NCBI GenBank assembly: GCA_032718475.1
Contig: JAUCBJ010001865.1
Coordinates: 1-64,000, forward strand
Source: Nemertoderma westbladi
Lineage: Eukaryota > Animalia > Xenacoelomorpha
DNA: 64,000 nucleotides
Direction: 5' to 3'
A model generated the notes under the pieces. That model saw nothing but the letters and a program-made list of their open reading frames with translations. It searched no databases and was not told where the DNA came from. Shown here in pieces: positions 27,799 through 39,616 of this stretch (positions are counted from its first letter, which is position 1; every line of letters begins with the position of its first letter). The position numbers and the translations under genes are program-made.

Positions 27799-29322
27799 TA
27801 TAGTCATTGGGGGTAAAAAAAGAACAGACCGATTCGATTTGTGGGGTATAAAAAAAACACTGCATAACTCAAGTTCACTTATACGTGAGAAAGTGATATT
27901 ACTACCATTTGAAAGAGCGTTTTTTATTGGCTTAGCCAGTATCCAATCAAATCACCTCAGCCTACAATATGACGTTGTTAACCAGCTGATTTCAAGTTGT
28001 TATTATTTTGGCTGGTGGAGGGTTCCAACCACAGTATTTCCCAACCATGAATTATATTTTTAATTTATTATTGGTGTTATGGGTGAATGAGTGGCTTCAT
28101 ATTATTATAACTTTAACTTATGAAGCCACTCATTCCACCCATAATACCAATAATAAATTATAAATATACCGGTCGCATTTCTCTATGGGTGTAAATATCC
28201 TGCCTAAATTAATAGTTAGAGTGTTTAATTAATCATTGTGGCCGTGATGGTTCATGGTTAATATACCTACCATTTCATTGTAGCGAGTTGTTAAAGACGG
28301 CCAAGTACGGTAGGGTTGAGCACAGTGGCAGCATATGACAGATGGGAGGCCATGAGGAGGTAAATTGCGGACATACAAGGTATCAGATAGTATTTCCAGG
28401 TCTATCTTTTACCTGAGCCGCTAGCTGAATGGTTAGAGCGTCAGACTTCCAACTCGGAGGTCACCAGTTCGATCCCACCTGGACGTGTCAATGCTCTTTC
28501 CAACACAAATGGTCTAATTGTATCATTCCAACCAGATCGCTCTGTACAGCGTGGTTTTTTTACCCACCTAAAATGTATGTGTGGGGTAAAAAAAAACAGG
28601 GTGATTCCAGCCGTTTCACACAGTTGAACAATAGACTGAACTCAGCATATGCGTGAGGTGGCTAAAAGTAATAATCTGTGAATGACAGCCCATGACTTTC
28701 TTGAGACGCCTCTTAAAGGACACTGGCCTTTAAGATGCGGATGATCTAGCAAATATCATGGGTGATAGGGATTTGTGGCGGCGCAATTTTGTCGATAAGC
28801 CGACACAGCATTCTTAATGCACGCTGCAATGGCAATAATATTTTTGTTAAGCCAGCATACATCTCAATGTGCTGCGTCAATGCAGCAAGCCGATTATAGT
28901 AGTAGATCGAATTTTCATTCAACCGATTCAACACAGAGTAGTTTCTATCCGCCTCAATCACCGAAATACATGTCAGAAATGCGGCCTGATCCTTCGGTTG
29001 TTGTGTGATTTATAACAGAGCCATCAGATTAGGCAGTTAGGCAGGACTACTACACTACTGAGCTGTGATGATTCCACACTTGAAACTATGTTTTTTATTT
29101 ACCCACACTTGTTTTTTTTTACCCCATTTTGGGGTAAATAAAAAACATCACTTTTTTGACCATAATTTATTTAAATATATGTCAGGTGATATTGTTTGAT
29201 GATCATTAAATCACATTTTTGATTAGCTTACAGACAATACCAAATTTACTTAAATCCATGGAATTTTAACAATTTCATTGACAAAAAATGGATAATTGTT
29301 TTTTTTTACCCCAATGACTATA
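27799..29322. mobile_element. Non-autonomous TIR element (TA-flanked) containing a tRNA-derived SINE-like head at about 28415-28490
   Basis: TIR tatagtcattgggggtaaaaaaa ... ttttttaccccaatgactata. Internal tagctgaatggttagagcg (box A) and agttcgatccc (box B). Confidence 0.65.
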
Positions 29323-29966
29323 TAATACTAAATAATTTTAACTTACAGTCTTTTGGCTGTGTATTTGATGTATAAACACATTATTCTCATAAAGCCAAAA
29401 GTGCAATATTTCTTAAATTTCTTTTATTTCTATGGAAACGTGTTTCACAGCTCCAATACAACTACTAACCATCTTATATTGCTATAAATGCTGTTAATCT
29501 CCAGTTTTCGATCTTAATTACACTAAATTTCAGGCAGTTCCTAAGGAAAGGTCACCTTGTTGCTATGGACACGTGTATCAGCGCCATTGTTATTACTAAC
29601 AATTTTCTATTGCTAGACATGTTGATCATCCAAAGTTTCAATCATAATTTCATTAATTATAGAGCGGTTGCTAGGTAAAGGTATCCTTGTTGCTATGGAA
29701 ACGTGTACAGACTTATATTATAAACTAACCCAGTTATATAAATCGTAATTTTTGTATATGGAGAGTTTCAATAACAGAAACGACCAATTTTACCCGGTTG
29801 CTATGAAAAAGTCACCCAGTTGCTAGGGATGTAGTCAATTTTTTTGGTACACAGGCTCAGATTAATCTACACTTTTTTTTACATATATAGTGACATTTTC
29901 ATGCTTTTGTCCGGTAATTAACGATTTTCACCTTAAGCGACCCCACTATATTGGAATTATACTTAC

Positions 29967-30150
29967 CCCGTCTTTGCACACCATGGAACCATCTCGGCAT
30001 ACAGTCTTATAAGCTTTGTTCTCATTTATCGGACATAGCCCATCGTGGCAGTAGGCCAGCTCCGTGCACTCGGTCCCAGGCGAACACTCCACAGTAGAAC
30101 CTTCGACGGGCTCACACTCTTTCGTACAACAGTTGCCTCCGGCCGAGGGA
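29967..30150 (-). CDS. ADAM10: ADAM10-like exon, disintegrin domain C-terminal part
   Basis: ttgtag|T CCC...GAC GGG|gtaagt; 184 bp encoding (S)PSAGGNCCTKECEPVEGSTVECSPGTECTELAYCHDGLCP...VCRDGSMVCKDG. Phases are consistent with neighbours. Confidence 0.88.
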
Positions 30151-30246
30151 CTACAACGAAAACATATCGCATGTAATTCCTTAAAACCAACTTGATAGAA
30201 ACGATATGTGTACGAATATGTTATATTTAGGGCACAACTATCCTAC

Positions 30247-30403
30247 CTGCATGAACCATTCTGTATCGTGCAACCACCAGAACCCGTATCTGAAGGGGGT
30301 TTACAACACTTGTCTCCGCTCGCTTCACACATCTCTTTCGTGCCACAATCACATTCTTCTCCTTGCTCCACAATTTCGTTACCACAAATTGGTTTTCCAG
30401 ATT
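30247..30403 (-). CDS. ADAM10: ADAM10-like exon, disintegrin domain start
   Basis: tttag|AA...AG|gtagga; 157 bp encoding (E)[20 protein letters not shown]...DKCC...GCTIQNGSC, the classic CGN..VE.GEECDCG motif. Confidence 0.92.
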
Positions 30404-30513
30404 CTAAATAATAGTTTAAAATTATAAGAGAACAAGACCGGGGAAGAAAATATAACTAATTTAAGGAAATCATTAACTAGTAGGTAGCACCAGGTGACAC
30501 ATTGCCGCCACAA

Positions 30514-31149
30514 CATACAGCTTGGAAACAGGAACCTTTGCCGCTATCCAGTACAGCAGTGATGTTGCTTATGCTGCACTCTGAGAAAACATATCTTGGA
30601 AACAGGAGCCTTTGCCGCTAACAGCAGTAATGTTGCTTATGCTGCACTCTGAGACAACATACCTTGGAAACAGGAACCTTTGCCGCTCTCCAGTACAGCA
30701 GTGATGTTGCTTATGCTGCACTCTGAAAAAACATACCTTGGAAACAGGAGCCTTTGCCGCTAACAGCAGTAATGTTGCTTATGCTGCACTCTGAGACAAC
30801 ATATCTTGGAAACAGGAGCCTTTGCCGCTAACAGCAGTAATGTTGCTTATGCTGCACTCTGAGACAACATACCTTGGAAACAGGAACCTTTGCCGCTCTC
30901 CAGTACAGCAGTGATGTTGCTTATGCTGCACTCTGAAAAAACATACCTTGGAAACAGGAGCCTTTGCCGCTAACAGCAGTAATGTTGCTTATGCTGCACT
31001 CTGAGACAACATACCTTGGAAACAGGAGCCTTTGCCGCTATCCAGGAGCTTATGCTGCACTCTGAGAACACATACCTTGGAAACAGGAGCCTTTGCCGCT
31101 ATCCAGTACAGCAGTGATGTTGCTTATGCTGCACTCTGAGACAACATAC
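30514..31149. repeat. Tandem repeat (about 52-74-bp units) of the ADAM10 exon 3' end plus its splice donor
   Basis: Units are the reverse complement of cagagtgcagcataagcaacat...ggcaaaggttcctgtttccaag|gtatg; about 9 copies. Confidence 0.9.
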
Positions 31150-31312
31150 CTTGGAAACAGGAACCTTTGCCGCTATCCAGTACAGCAGTGATGTTGCTTA
31201 TGCTGCACTCTGAGAACACATTGTTATTTGGTTTCACGCCGCTCGTCGATTGGGGAAACATTATGAAATTGCCGTCCGGGCCACCAGGTTGGCATTTAGA
31301 TGGGAAATCGTG
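31150..31312 (-). CDS. ADAM10: ADAM10-like exon, third zinc ligand and Met-turn
   Basis: atcgcag|CAC...CAAG|gtatgt; 163 bp encoding HDFPSKCQPGGPDGNFIMFPQSTSGVKPNNNVFSECSISNITAVLDSGKGSCFQ (compare ADAM10 [24 protein letters not shown]). Confidence 0.92.
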
Positions 31313-32511
31313 CTGCGATAGCAAAAAAATAAAATTTAATAAAACACTACATAATTTCCAATTCGCTGCCGATTATTTTACAGGTGGATAAATTTAATGG
31401 GAGTATGGGCTACCTACGCTAGTAATAAGATAGTACTACTAGTAGTACTTAATACTACATATATTTAAGGTAACTCACTAGACCCTTTTATACTGCGCAT
31501 TGGGCGTAGTAAATTCTAAACTAAATTGTCAATTCAGGGAAAGTGGCAGGTTACTGTGGCACGTTATTCTAACAAAAACAATAAACTGAAGGCAATAGAA
31601 CAGGTTAGAGTTTTATTTTTGAGAGTAATCGGTTCTAATTTGTGTCGCTTTTCCCCTAGAGGGAGATTAATTTTGATTGCGTCGAAAGGCCCCCCCTGTC
31701 TTATTTTGTACCAAAATTAATAGGTAATAAATTTTTTGATAGTATAATACCTGAGCACATCAATACCCATTACTCAGTTTTAAAGAATCTTCACCCATAC
31801 AACTAATTTTTAATTAGAAAGATATACATAAGGCAGATTCCCGAAACAGAGATAAAGTGACAGTTACAAGCTGTCTGCATCGAATAGTAGAGGACTTCTT
31901 CAGGTACGTATATATATATTACAGTATTTACCGAAACGACAGTAGCATGACAGGCAGACTAATTAGATCCAAAAAAATTAATAAAAAGCTCAAAGTAAGG
32001 TGTAGGACAAAAATTAAACCATTAAATATAATTACAGGCCCTCAACACACCACCCTTGAGTGGACTGTGGACATCTTGGTGAAGAAAAATTAACGCGAGT
32101 TCTGTTTGCATATTTGAGTAAGGTTTGGGGCCCATTGTCATAAAAATAAAAAACGAAAATATTTTGTGGACCCCTTTTAAAATAATTAAATAAAAAAAAT
32201 AAAATAATTAAATTATTAACTAATATTAATCAAATATTAATTCCATTAATGATAAATGAAAGTACTTATTACTTATTCTGTTACGTTTGTAATGTTCCCT
32301 AGAGTGGAAAAAATGTTTGACAAGAATAATTGGAGGCGCCCATTTGTAATTAATTAATAACTAAATAATTAAATAATATTAATAATATTACTTCCATTTA
32401 AACTTAATTAACATTGAAAATACATAAAGCCCAATGTGTCAATGTTGCTGCATTTGCTGCATCTTAAACATTGAATGAAAAACACGTTTTTGTCAACCTG
32501 TAATAATATGC

Positions 32512-33793
32512 AAACCCAAACAACGCCCTGGCTCCTAAACCAAACAACGCCCTGGCTCCTAAACCAAACAACGCCCTGGCTCCTAAACCAAACAACGCCC
32601 TGGCTCCTAAACCAAACCACGCCCTGGCTCCTAAACCAAACCACGCCCTGGCTCCTAAACCAAACAACACCCTGGCTCCTAAATCAAACAACGCCCTGGC
32701 TCCTAAACCAAACAACGCCCTGGCTCCTAAACCAAACAACACCCTGGCTCCTAAACCAAACAACGCCCTGGCTCCTAAACCAAACAACGCCCTGGCTCCT
32801 AAACCAAACAACGCCCTGGCTCCTAAACCAAACAACGCCCTGGCTCCTAAACCAAACAACGCCCTGGCTCCTAAACCAAACAACGCCCTGGCTCCTAAAC
32901 CAAACAACGCCCTGGCTCCTAAACCAAACAACGCCCTGGCTCCTAAACCAAACAACACCCTGGCTCCTAAACCAAACAACGCCCTGGCTCCTAAACCAAA
33001 CAACGCCCTGGCTCCTAAACCAAACAACGCCCTGGCTCCTAAACCAAACAACGCCCTGGCTCCTAAACCAAACAACGCCCTGGCTCCTAAACCAAACAAC
33101 GCCCTGGCTCCTAAACCAAACAACGCCCTGGCTCATAAACCAAACAACGCCCTGGCTCCTAAACCAAACAACGCCCTGGCTCCTAAACCAAACAACACCC
33201 TGGCTCCTAAATCAAACAACGCCCTGGCTCCTAAACCAAACAACGCCCTGGCTTCTAAACCAAACAACACCCTGGCTCCTAAACCAAACAACGCCCTGGC
33301 TCCTAAACCAAACAACACCCTGGCTCCTAAACCAAACAACGCCCTGGCTCCTAAACCAAACAACGCCATGGCTCCTAAACCAAACAACACCCTGGCTCCT
33401 AAACCAAACAACGCCCTGGCTCCTAAACCAAACAACGCCCTGGCTCCTAAACCAAACAACGCCCTGGCTCCTAAACCAAACAACACCCTGGCTCCTAAAC
33501 CAAACAACGCCCTGGCTCCTAAACCAAACAACGCCCTGGCTCCTAAACCAAACAACGCCCTGGCTCCTAAACCAAACAACGCCCTGGCTCCTAAACCAAA
33601 CAACGCCCTGGCTCCTAAACCAAACAACGCCCTGGCTCCTAAACCAAACAACGCCCTGGCTCCTAAACCAAACAACGCCCTGGCTCCTAAACCAAACAAC
33701 GCCCTGGCTCCTAAACCAAACAACACCCTGGCTCCTAAACCAAACAACGCCTTGGCTCCTAAACCAAACAACACCCAACCTTCTAACCAAAAC
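32512..33793. repeat. 24-bp minisatellite, about 53 copies
   Basis: Unit aaaccaaacaacgccctggctcct. Confidence 0.97.
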
Positions 33794-34105
33794 AATTCAA
33801 TTCAATTCAATTATGATATTATTTATTATATATATTTATTATTTATAATTTGTATTATTTATTATAATACTACAGACTCAGTCAGTCAGTATCAGTATAC
33901 TCGTTATTAATATATATTTCAAAAATTGTAATTATACTTTAAATTCATTAATAATAATTCGTTTTAAAAAAATGACAGAAAGGTTTTAAAATCATTTACA
34001 AATATTGTTGACCCTGACCCACCCCCAAATAGTGGCAATACGCAAAGGTTTCGCCTACTACCTGGCTAGCCCCACGTTTGAAACATCGGATCTAATTTTG
34101 CTTGC

Positions 34106-34606
34106 ATTGGAACTAAATTCGTATCCATTGGAACTAAATTCGCATCCATTGGAACTAAGTTCGCATCCATTGGAACTAAGTTCGCATCCATTGGAACTAA
34201 GTTCGCATCCATTGGAACTAAGTTCGCATCCATTGGAACTAAATTCGCATTCATTGGAACTAAGTTCGTTTTGATATTCTGGGATTGGAACTAAGTTCGT
34301 TTTGATATTCTGGGATTGGAACTAAGTTCGTTTTGATATTCTGGGATTGGAACTAAGTTCGTTTTGATATTCTGGGATTGGAACTAAGTTCGTTTTGATA
34401 TTCTGGGATTGGAACTAAGTTCGCCCCGATTGGAACTAAGTTCGCTTTATAAAATTTATTTTGGAACTAAATTCTTTTCAATTGGAATTAAGTTCGCATT
34501 TGAAAATGTGCGATTGGAACTAAGTTCGTGCTACCCATTGGAACTAAGTTCGTTTTGATATTCTGGGATTGGAACTAAGTTCGCCTCGATTGGAACTAAA
34601 TTCGTG
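34106..34606. repeat. Compound minisatellite (21-bp and 31-bp units sharing attggaactaagttcg)
   Basis: attggaactaagttcgcatcc about 7 times, then attggaactaagttcgttttgatattctggg about 5 times, then degenerate copies. Confidence 0.9.
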
Positions 34607-34795
34607 CTACCTATATCAATTTGGTGTTATGGCCAGCTCTAGTTTAACCAGGGCAAGTCTATATACAAGCATAATAATATTATATAAAGCAAAAAAGTTG
34701 GCCAGAATGTAATTATGCTAAGTAATATAATTCAATATTATATATACATTATTATTATTACTATTACGTTTTTCATTAATTTAATTAAATTTTTC

Positions 34796-36715
34796 TATAG
34801 AATTATATTCCCTAAATGCCGTGGATTTTCAAAATTTTATTTTATTCGAATTAACTTGTTAAAAGATTACTTTGAGTCCTCATTTGTATTGCTATTTCTA
34901 TTTGTACGCCTATTATTCAAGTGGTTCAGTAGCTCAGTCGGTAGAGCGTTGGAAATTATATATGTAGTAGGTATTGAGTTCGAATCCTAGTAAGTGCGAA
35001 TTATTTTTTGTGCAGAATTTCAACTCATTTAAATTGACCGCTACAAATTAAATTGCATTTGTCTGTACCTAGATTAGCCAATGAGACTGTAGTTATTAGA
35101 TTGTAACCAATGTCGTGCAAATTATATATTAGCTGGACCAATAGCTATCTTTAAAAACCTGTTAGAACCTATAGAACAATCGAGAATTTTCTCGATTGAT
35201 TGCGGCACAAATTTGGTATATGAAGGTGCGATTTGTTCATTAGTTATCTAATCAATCACTCACTTATCTTCACTCTCTCTTAACTACTTCTATTCAGAAT
35301 ACATTGTTTATTGTATTATAGTTATTGTTTGATTTTGTAATAAAAGTTAGAAATACTTGTCACATCAGCCTTTTCTATCTGTTTTACCATGATTCACTAC
35401 GGTGAACACTCTTAGGAACAGGATGGCCGGATAGAGATCGGGCCGCAGCAATGAACGGGAACATCAAGGGAATGTAGACAGGAGACAACCCGCAATACCA
35501 CCTTAGTTATTCGCCCATCGCCTGAAAGGTTAGACAGCGTTCGACGCCTTGCTACCTAAGCGTAAGACCAAAGATCAAAGGTAGAAGTAGTGACACGCTG
35601 TAAGCCTAAAATTACATCTTAGGGACTGTACTGTCTTAATTCAGGAAAAAACCACAGTAGACCTTCACATTCCTACGGGGGGGGGGGGGGGGAGAGCGCA
35701 GGCAGAGATACTAGTACGCAGATAGGACGTAGGCACACCGGTACGAAGCATACACATTGGTAGGGTGCAGCAAACTGTACGCCTAACTCTTGCTAAGTGC
35801 AGGTGCGTCTGTGACTATTTGTAGTACAACGGTGTCCATTGCATTAGAACTTGTAGGCTAGGAGGGTTGCTGTGTTTCACCTGAATTAGGATTGTACCGT
35901 TCAGGCGGTAGGGCAGTTTACGACTAGGCGCAAATAAATCGAGGCTATTAGGGATATACTAACATCTACCGTGTCCCCGCCAACGTCCTGATAGGAAGTT
36001 ACCCAGCCTACCTAGGTGACTAAAATTCTAGATAGGACGCCAGGATAGCTATTAGTAACAGTACGCCTACTGTAGTAAACTAACACATTTCTTCTTAGTA
36101 TTAGGGACCTGGTAAATTAAAAATTGCCGAATTCTGGGCGTAGCATTAACCTTATGCCTGAATTTGAGTCCTGGAAATACGCAAGAGGGGAAGGAACCTT
36201 ATTATTCGTGAGTATTGGACCTACAAGTTGCAAAATTAGAATATTCGTAAAATGCACACCGTACCCAGTAATTATATATGTGAAGGAGCAAAACTGCTTT
36301 GACTGTTCAGAATTAACACACGCGCGTTAGAAATTATTTACACCTCAAAATATATAAAAATTAACTTTCGTCCTTACTGTGCTTTGCCCGCTAGTTAGAC
36401 ATCTCCAAATCTCTGCCTCTGTACCTAGCTAGCGTCCCTTTTGCCCAACCATATAAATCACACCGCGGCAAAGTATACGAGCCCTTTAGTCCGTCAGTGA
36501 GTCAGCCTGATTTTAGGATTCGCTGCGCGGGATTTTGTTTTATCGAAGTTTGTCTGCTCATAGACTGTTTTCTGCCTCACCGGTTATAAGAGATCGATAC
36601 TGCAATATATTCGCTTACTTAGAGTTTACTGTTTTGGTGAGAAGGTCGGATTTATGATTTGATTCACAAACTTTACAGTAGGATATTGCAGGTATTGTTA
36701 CCGTCTCTTCGAATA
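34796..36715 (+). repeat. 5' LTR (1920 bp)
   Basis: Runs tatagaattat...ctcttcgaata; matches the 3' LTR except for about 5 substitutions seen by eye and the G-run length (16 vs 22). Confidence 0.95.
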
Positions 36716-37526
36716 GTAGGAATGTGTTTTACTGAACTACGGTTCGGTAGGACTAAAGTTATTTGAAAATTTTGTATTTTGAGGTAAAAGTTTATATTTG
36801 ATTAGCTAAGTGCTAATTTTTTGAAATAAAATTTGATTTGAACCGCGTGTAAAATATTTTTGGAATTGAATACCGGTGTTTAAAAGGGTTTAAATACCAT
36901 ATTGTACCGGTACAAAATTTTCGTAAAAGTAAAACCTAACTCTTTTGTTTTTCAGGATTCAGAACTCATTTCTAGACTGTAACGGGAGCAAGACCGTGTT
37001 TAGCAAGTTTGGGAGATAGATAACCCAACAACTTTGGTTGGGAAAATCGCGCTTCGTCCGCAACGCTGAAAACGGAAAGGTTCACGTCCGGTTTGTATCT
37101 GGGAATCTGTTTTTCTGGAGAATTATTGGAGTGGGTGAGTTTGAAAAGTTGCATAAATAAGTTAGGCATTACCGTATTAGTTAAAATTATTGTGGGTTCC
37201 ACTGTCTCAAGTATTTATGCATTCCGTACGATTTCTTTGTTCATTGCTGAATTAGTCCGTATTATTGTATTTAATTTACCTTTTGATAACGCATATCGTT
37301 ATCCGATTTATTTGTTATAAAATTGGCCGCTAGGCTAATTTTATTATATACTTATTCCGTGACATTTATTTGCTGTAAAATTGGCCGCATAGGCTAATTT
37401 TATCCATCTGCTATAAAATCGGCCGGTAGGCTAATTTTATATGACTGTAATTAGTACCGTTTAGATATAAATACGGTAAACTTGATACTTTGACACTCAC
37501 ATTTTACTTGACTTACAACTACCGAA

Positions 37527-39616
37527 ATGAGTGACAAACAAGACTATACGAAAAATACACAAACCGACTATGACTCATGTGACAGAGATAAGTCAGCAGC
37601 GGAAGAACAACAGGGGAAGACTCGCGAGCCTACCGAACCTACACCGTGTGCGTCACCAGTACATCCAACGGGAGTACCGGATGCCGTAGTACGAGGCAAC
37701 GGCAGGACCGAGGACTTTCTAACTGTTCCGCAACCTAGATACAGGGAAACGGAGATGGTAAGTTCAGTAGGAAGCCAGGAGAGTGTGGTTAGAAGCGTCG
37801 GCGGATACATGGCGCATATTACCAGGAGTATTGGAGAAGGCCAACGCATATTAGACGAGTTGACCGCTCCGATGTCTCGGTTTGAGTTCTACACCCTCCA
37901 GGTTAGAGTACAAAGTAGAGTACATAAGTCCGTAGATAACCTAATTGGTCTACAAGATCTAGCTAGACAGAGACAGGACATGGATACTCAACTTAGAATC
38001 CTCGAGAAACTAATGATCGCTAGAGAGAAACTGATTCAGTTTAAGTCGACGATTAGGCAGATACAACAGGAACAAGCGGACCAGTTGTTAGGTGAGTCAG
38101 TTTCGGACGAATTATTGCAGCCCGAGGAAGAACAGGAACTGTACCGACTAGATGGACAATTAAAACACCTGACGGACCACTTACGTATGTGCGGCGAGGA
38201 TGTCGGAGATTGGGAAACCGTGCCGGAGGCTACGAGGGAAACTTCACTCGCACAAATCGAATCGGCACCGGGAATACTAAATCAACCATTGGTAAGTATT
38301 CGTAGCGAAATCTGCGAGGGAAGTATGGTCACGTCAGAAGTTGCTCGACAACAACAAGAATTCTACCGACAACGACGAGAAATGGAGGAACAAGCTCAAC
38401 TTCTAGTGATGCAGGCAGCAGTAGAGGAAGAGAAGCTACGCGTTGCGAATGTAGCGAGAATCTCTCATCTACAGGAACAAGCTGAATTAGAAGCAGCTGA
38501 AGTAGAAAGGTTAGAGGTAGACATTGCCCAACAAACGGCAGCGGTTGATTTAGCGCGACGAAACGCAGCGGCCGAGTTAGAGCGACAAACGGCAGCGGCG
38601 GAATTAGAGCGACAAACGGCAGCGGCGGAATTAGAGCGAGAAAGGTTAGTTTCGGAAGCACGGGCCGAAATGAAAACACGGCAAATAAAAGCTCAATCCG
38701 CTATACGACAAGTGGAGTTTGAGGCGCAACGACAACAAACGGAACAACGAGAGAAGACAGCTAAACTTCATTTCGAACTCGAGAAGAAGGCGAGAGAATT
38801 AGCCGAAGCCAAGGAAAATCTGGATCTTCTAGCCCGCGATAGATCGATGAGATCTCGTGACGGACATGATTTGGACCAGTTAGAGGTAAGACATCGCCAA
38901 ATTCAGGAACGGAAGAAGGAAGGAAGCGTAGGAGCACCCGGACGGGAACGACAATTAGTAAAAGACTTGTGTCAATGATTCCACAAGTAACTCCTATGTT
39001 TGCACCAATTATGACTAAGAAACCTGTTTCGATTGCGGGTAGTAGTGATATTTCTCCTATCCATGGTGCGACGGAACACAGGTTGGTTATTCCGGACAAA
39101 TTCATACCGTCAAGAGCAACGTCGTCGCCTATTTTGAAAGTCAAGGTAAGTAACCCACCGATTACAGATCGTAGTAGTTTGTTGACTGGACCTGCACTAC
39201 TGACGACAAAACAGGTGAGTCCACCTTTGACACCTAAACCGGTTACGCACTACGAATACCCAATGACGTTTCGACCTACAAGGCCAGTTCAGTTTACATC
39301 GCAATCTACGACTTCGAGGAAGACTTGTGAGCCTACCGAACAACGGAGACCAGTGGATACGCGACCGTTCAACCAGTTTACATCGCAATCTACGACTTCG
39401 AGGAAGACTTGTGAGCCTACCGAACAACGGAGACCAGTGGACGATGTTCCGAAACAAACATTAGAATTCATACGACGCAACGGACGCGAGCACTTCGACC
39501 ACCATATCCAGATGATAGTAGTACTTCGAGCGAATCGGATTACCCGAAACGCGAGGTATTTAGAACAGGGGCGGCCGATGAATATAAACGCGAGCGTTCA
39601 GACAACTCCTTTGTAG
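37527..39616 (+). CDS. N-terminal Gag region (coiled-coil, then Ser/Thr/Pro-rich), split by frameshifts
   Basis: ORF 37527-38978 is Glu/Gln/Ala/Arg-rich with AAAELERQT repeats. It overlaps 38969-39616 in another frame, and the third (gag-pol) frame is open from 39415. Confidence 0.65.

Noticed and set aside
28415-28490. Functional tRNA genes here, at 20831 and in the LTRs
   Set aside because: A/B boxes are present, but the acceptor and anticodon stems do not form a proper cloverleaf.
32408-33910. Repetitive ORFs on both strands
   Set aside because: 24-bp minisatellite with no splice or domain evidence.
36635-36653. tggtgagaaggtcggattt as a tRNA PBS
   Set aside because: It lies inside the LTR (present in both copies), about 60-80 nt before the TSD-defined LTR end, and I cannot match it to a tRNA 3' end.
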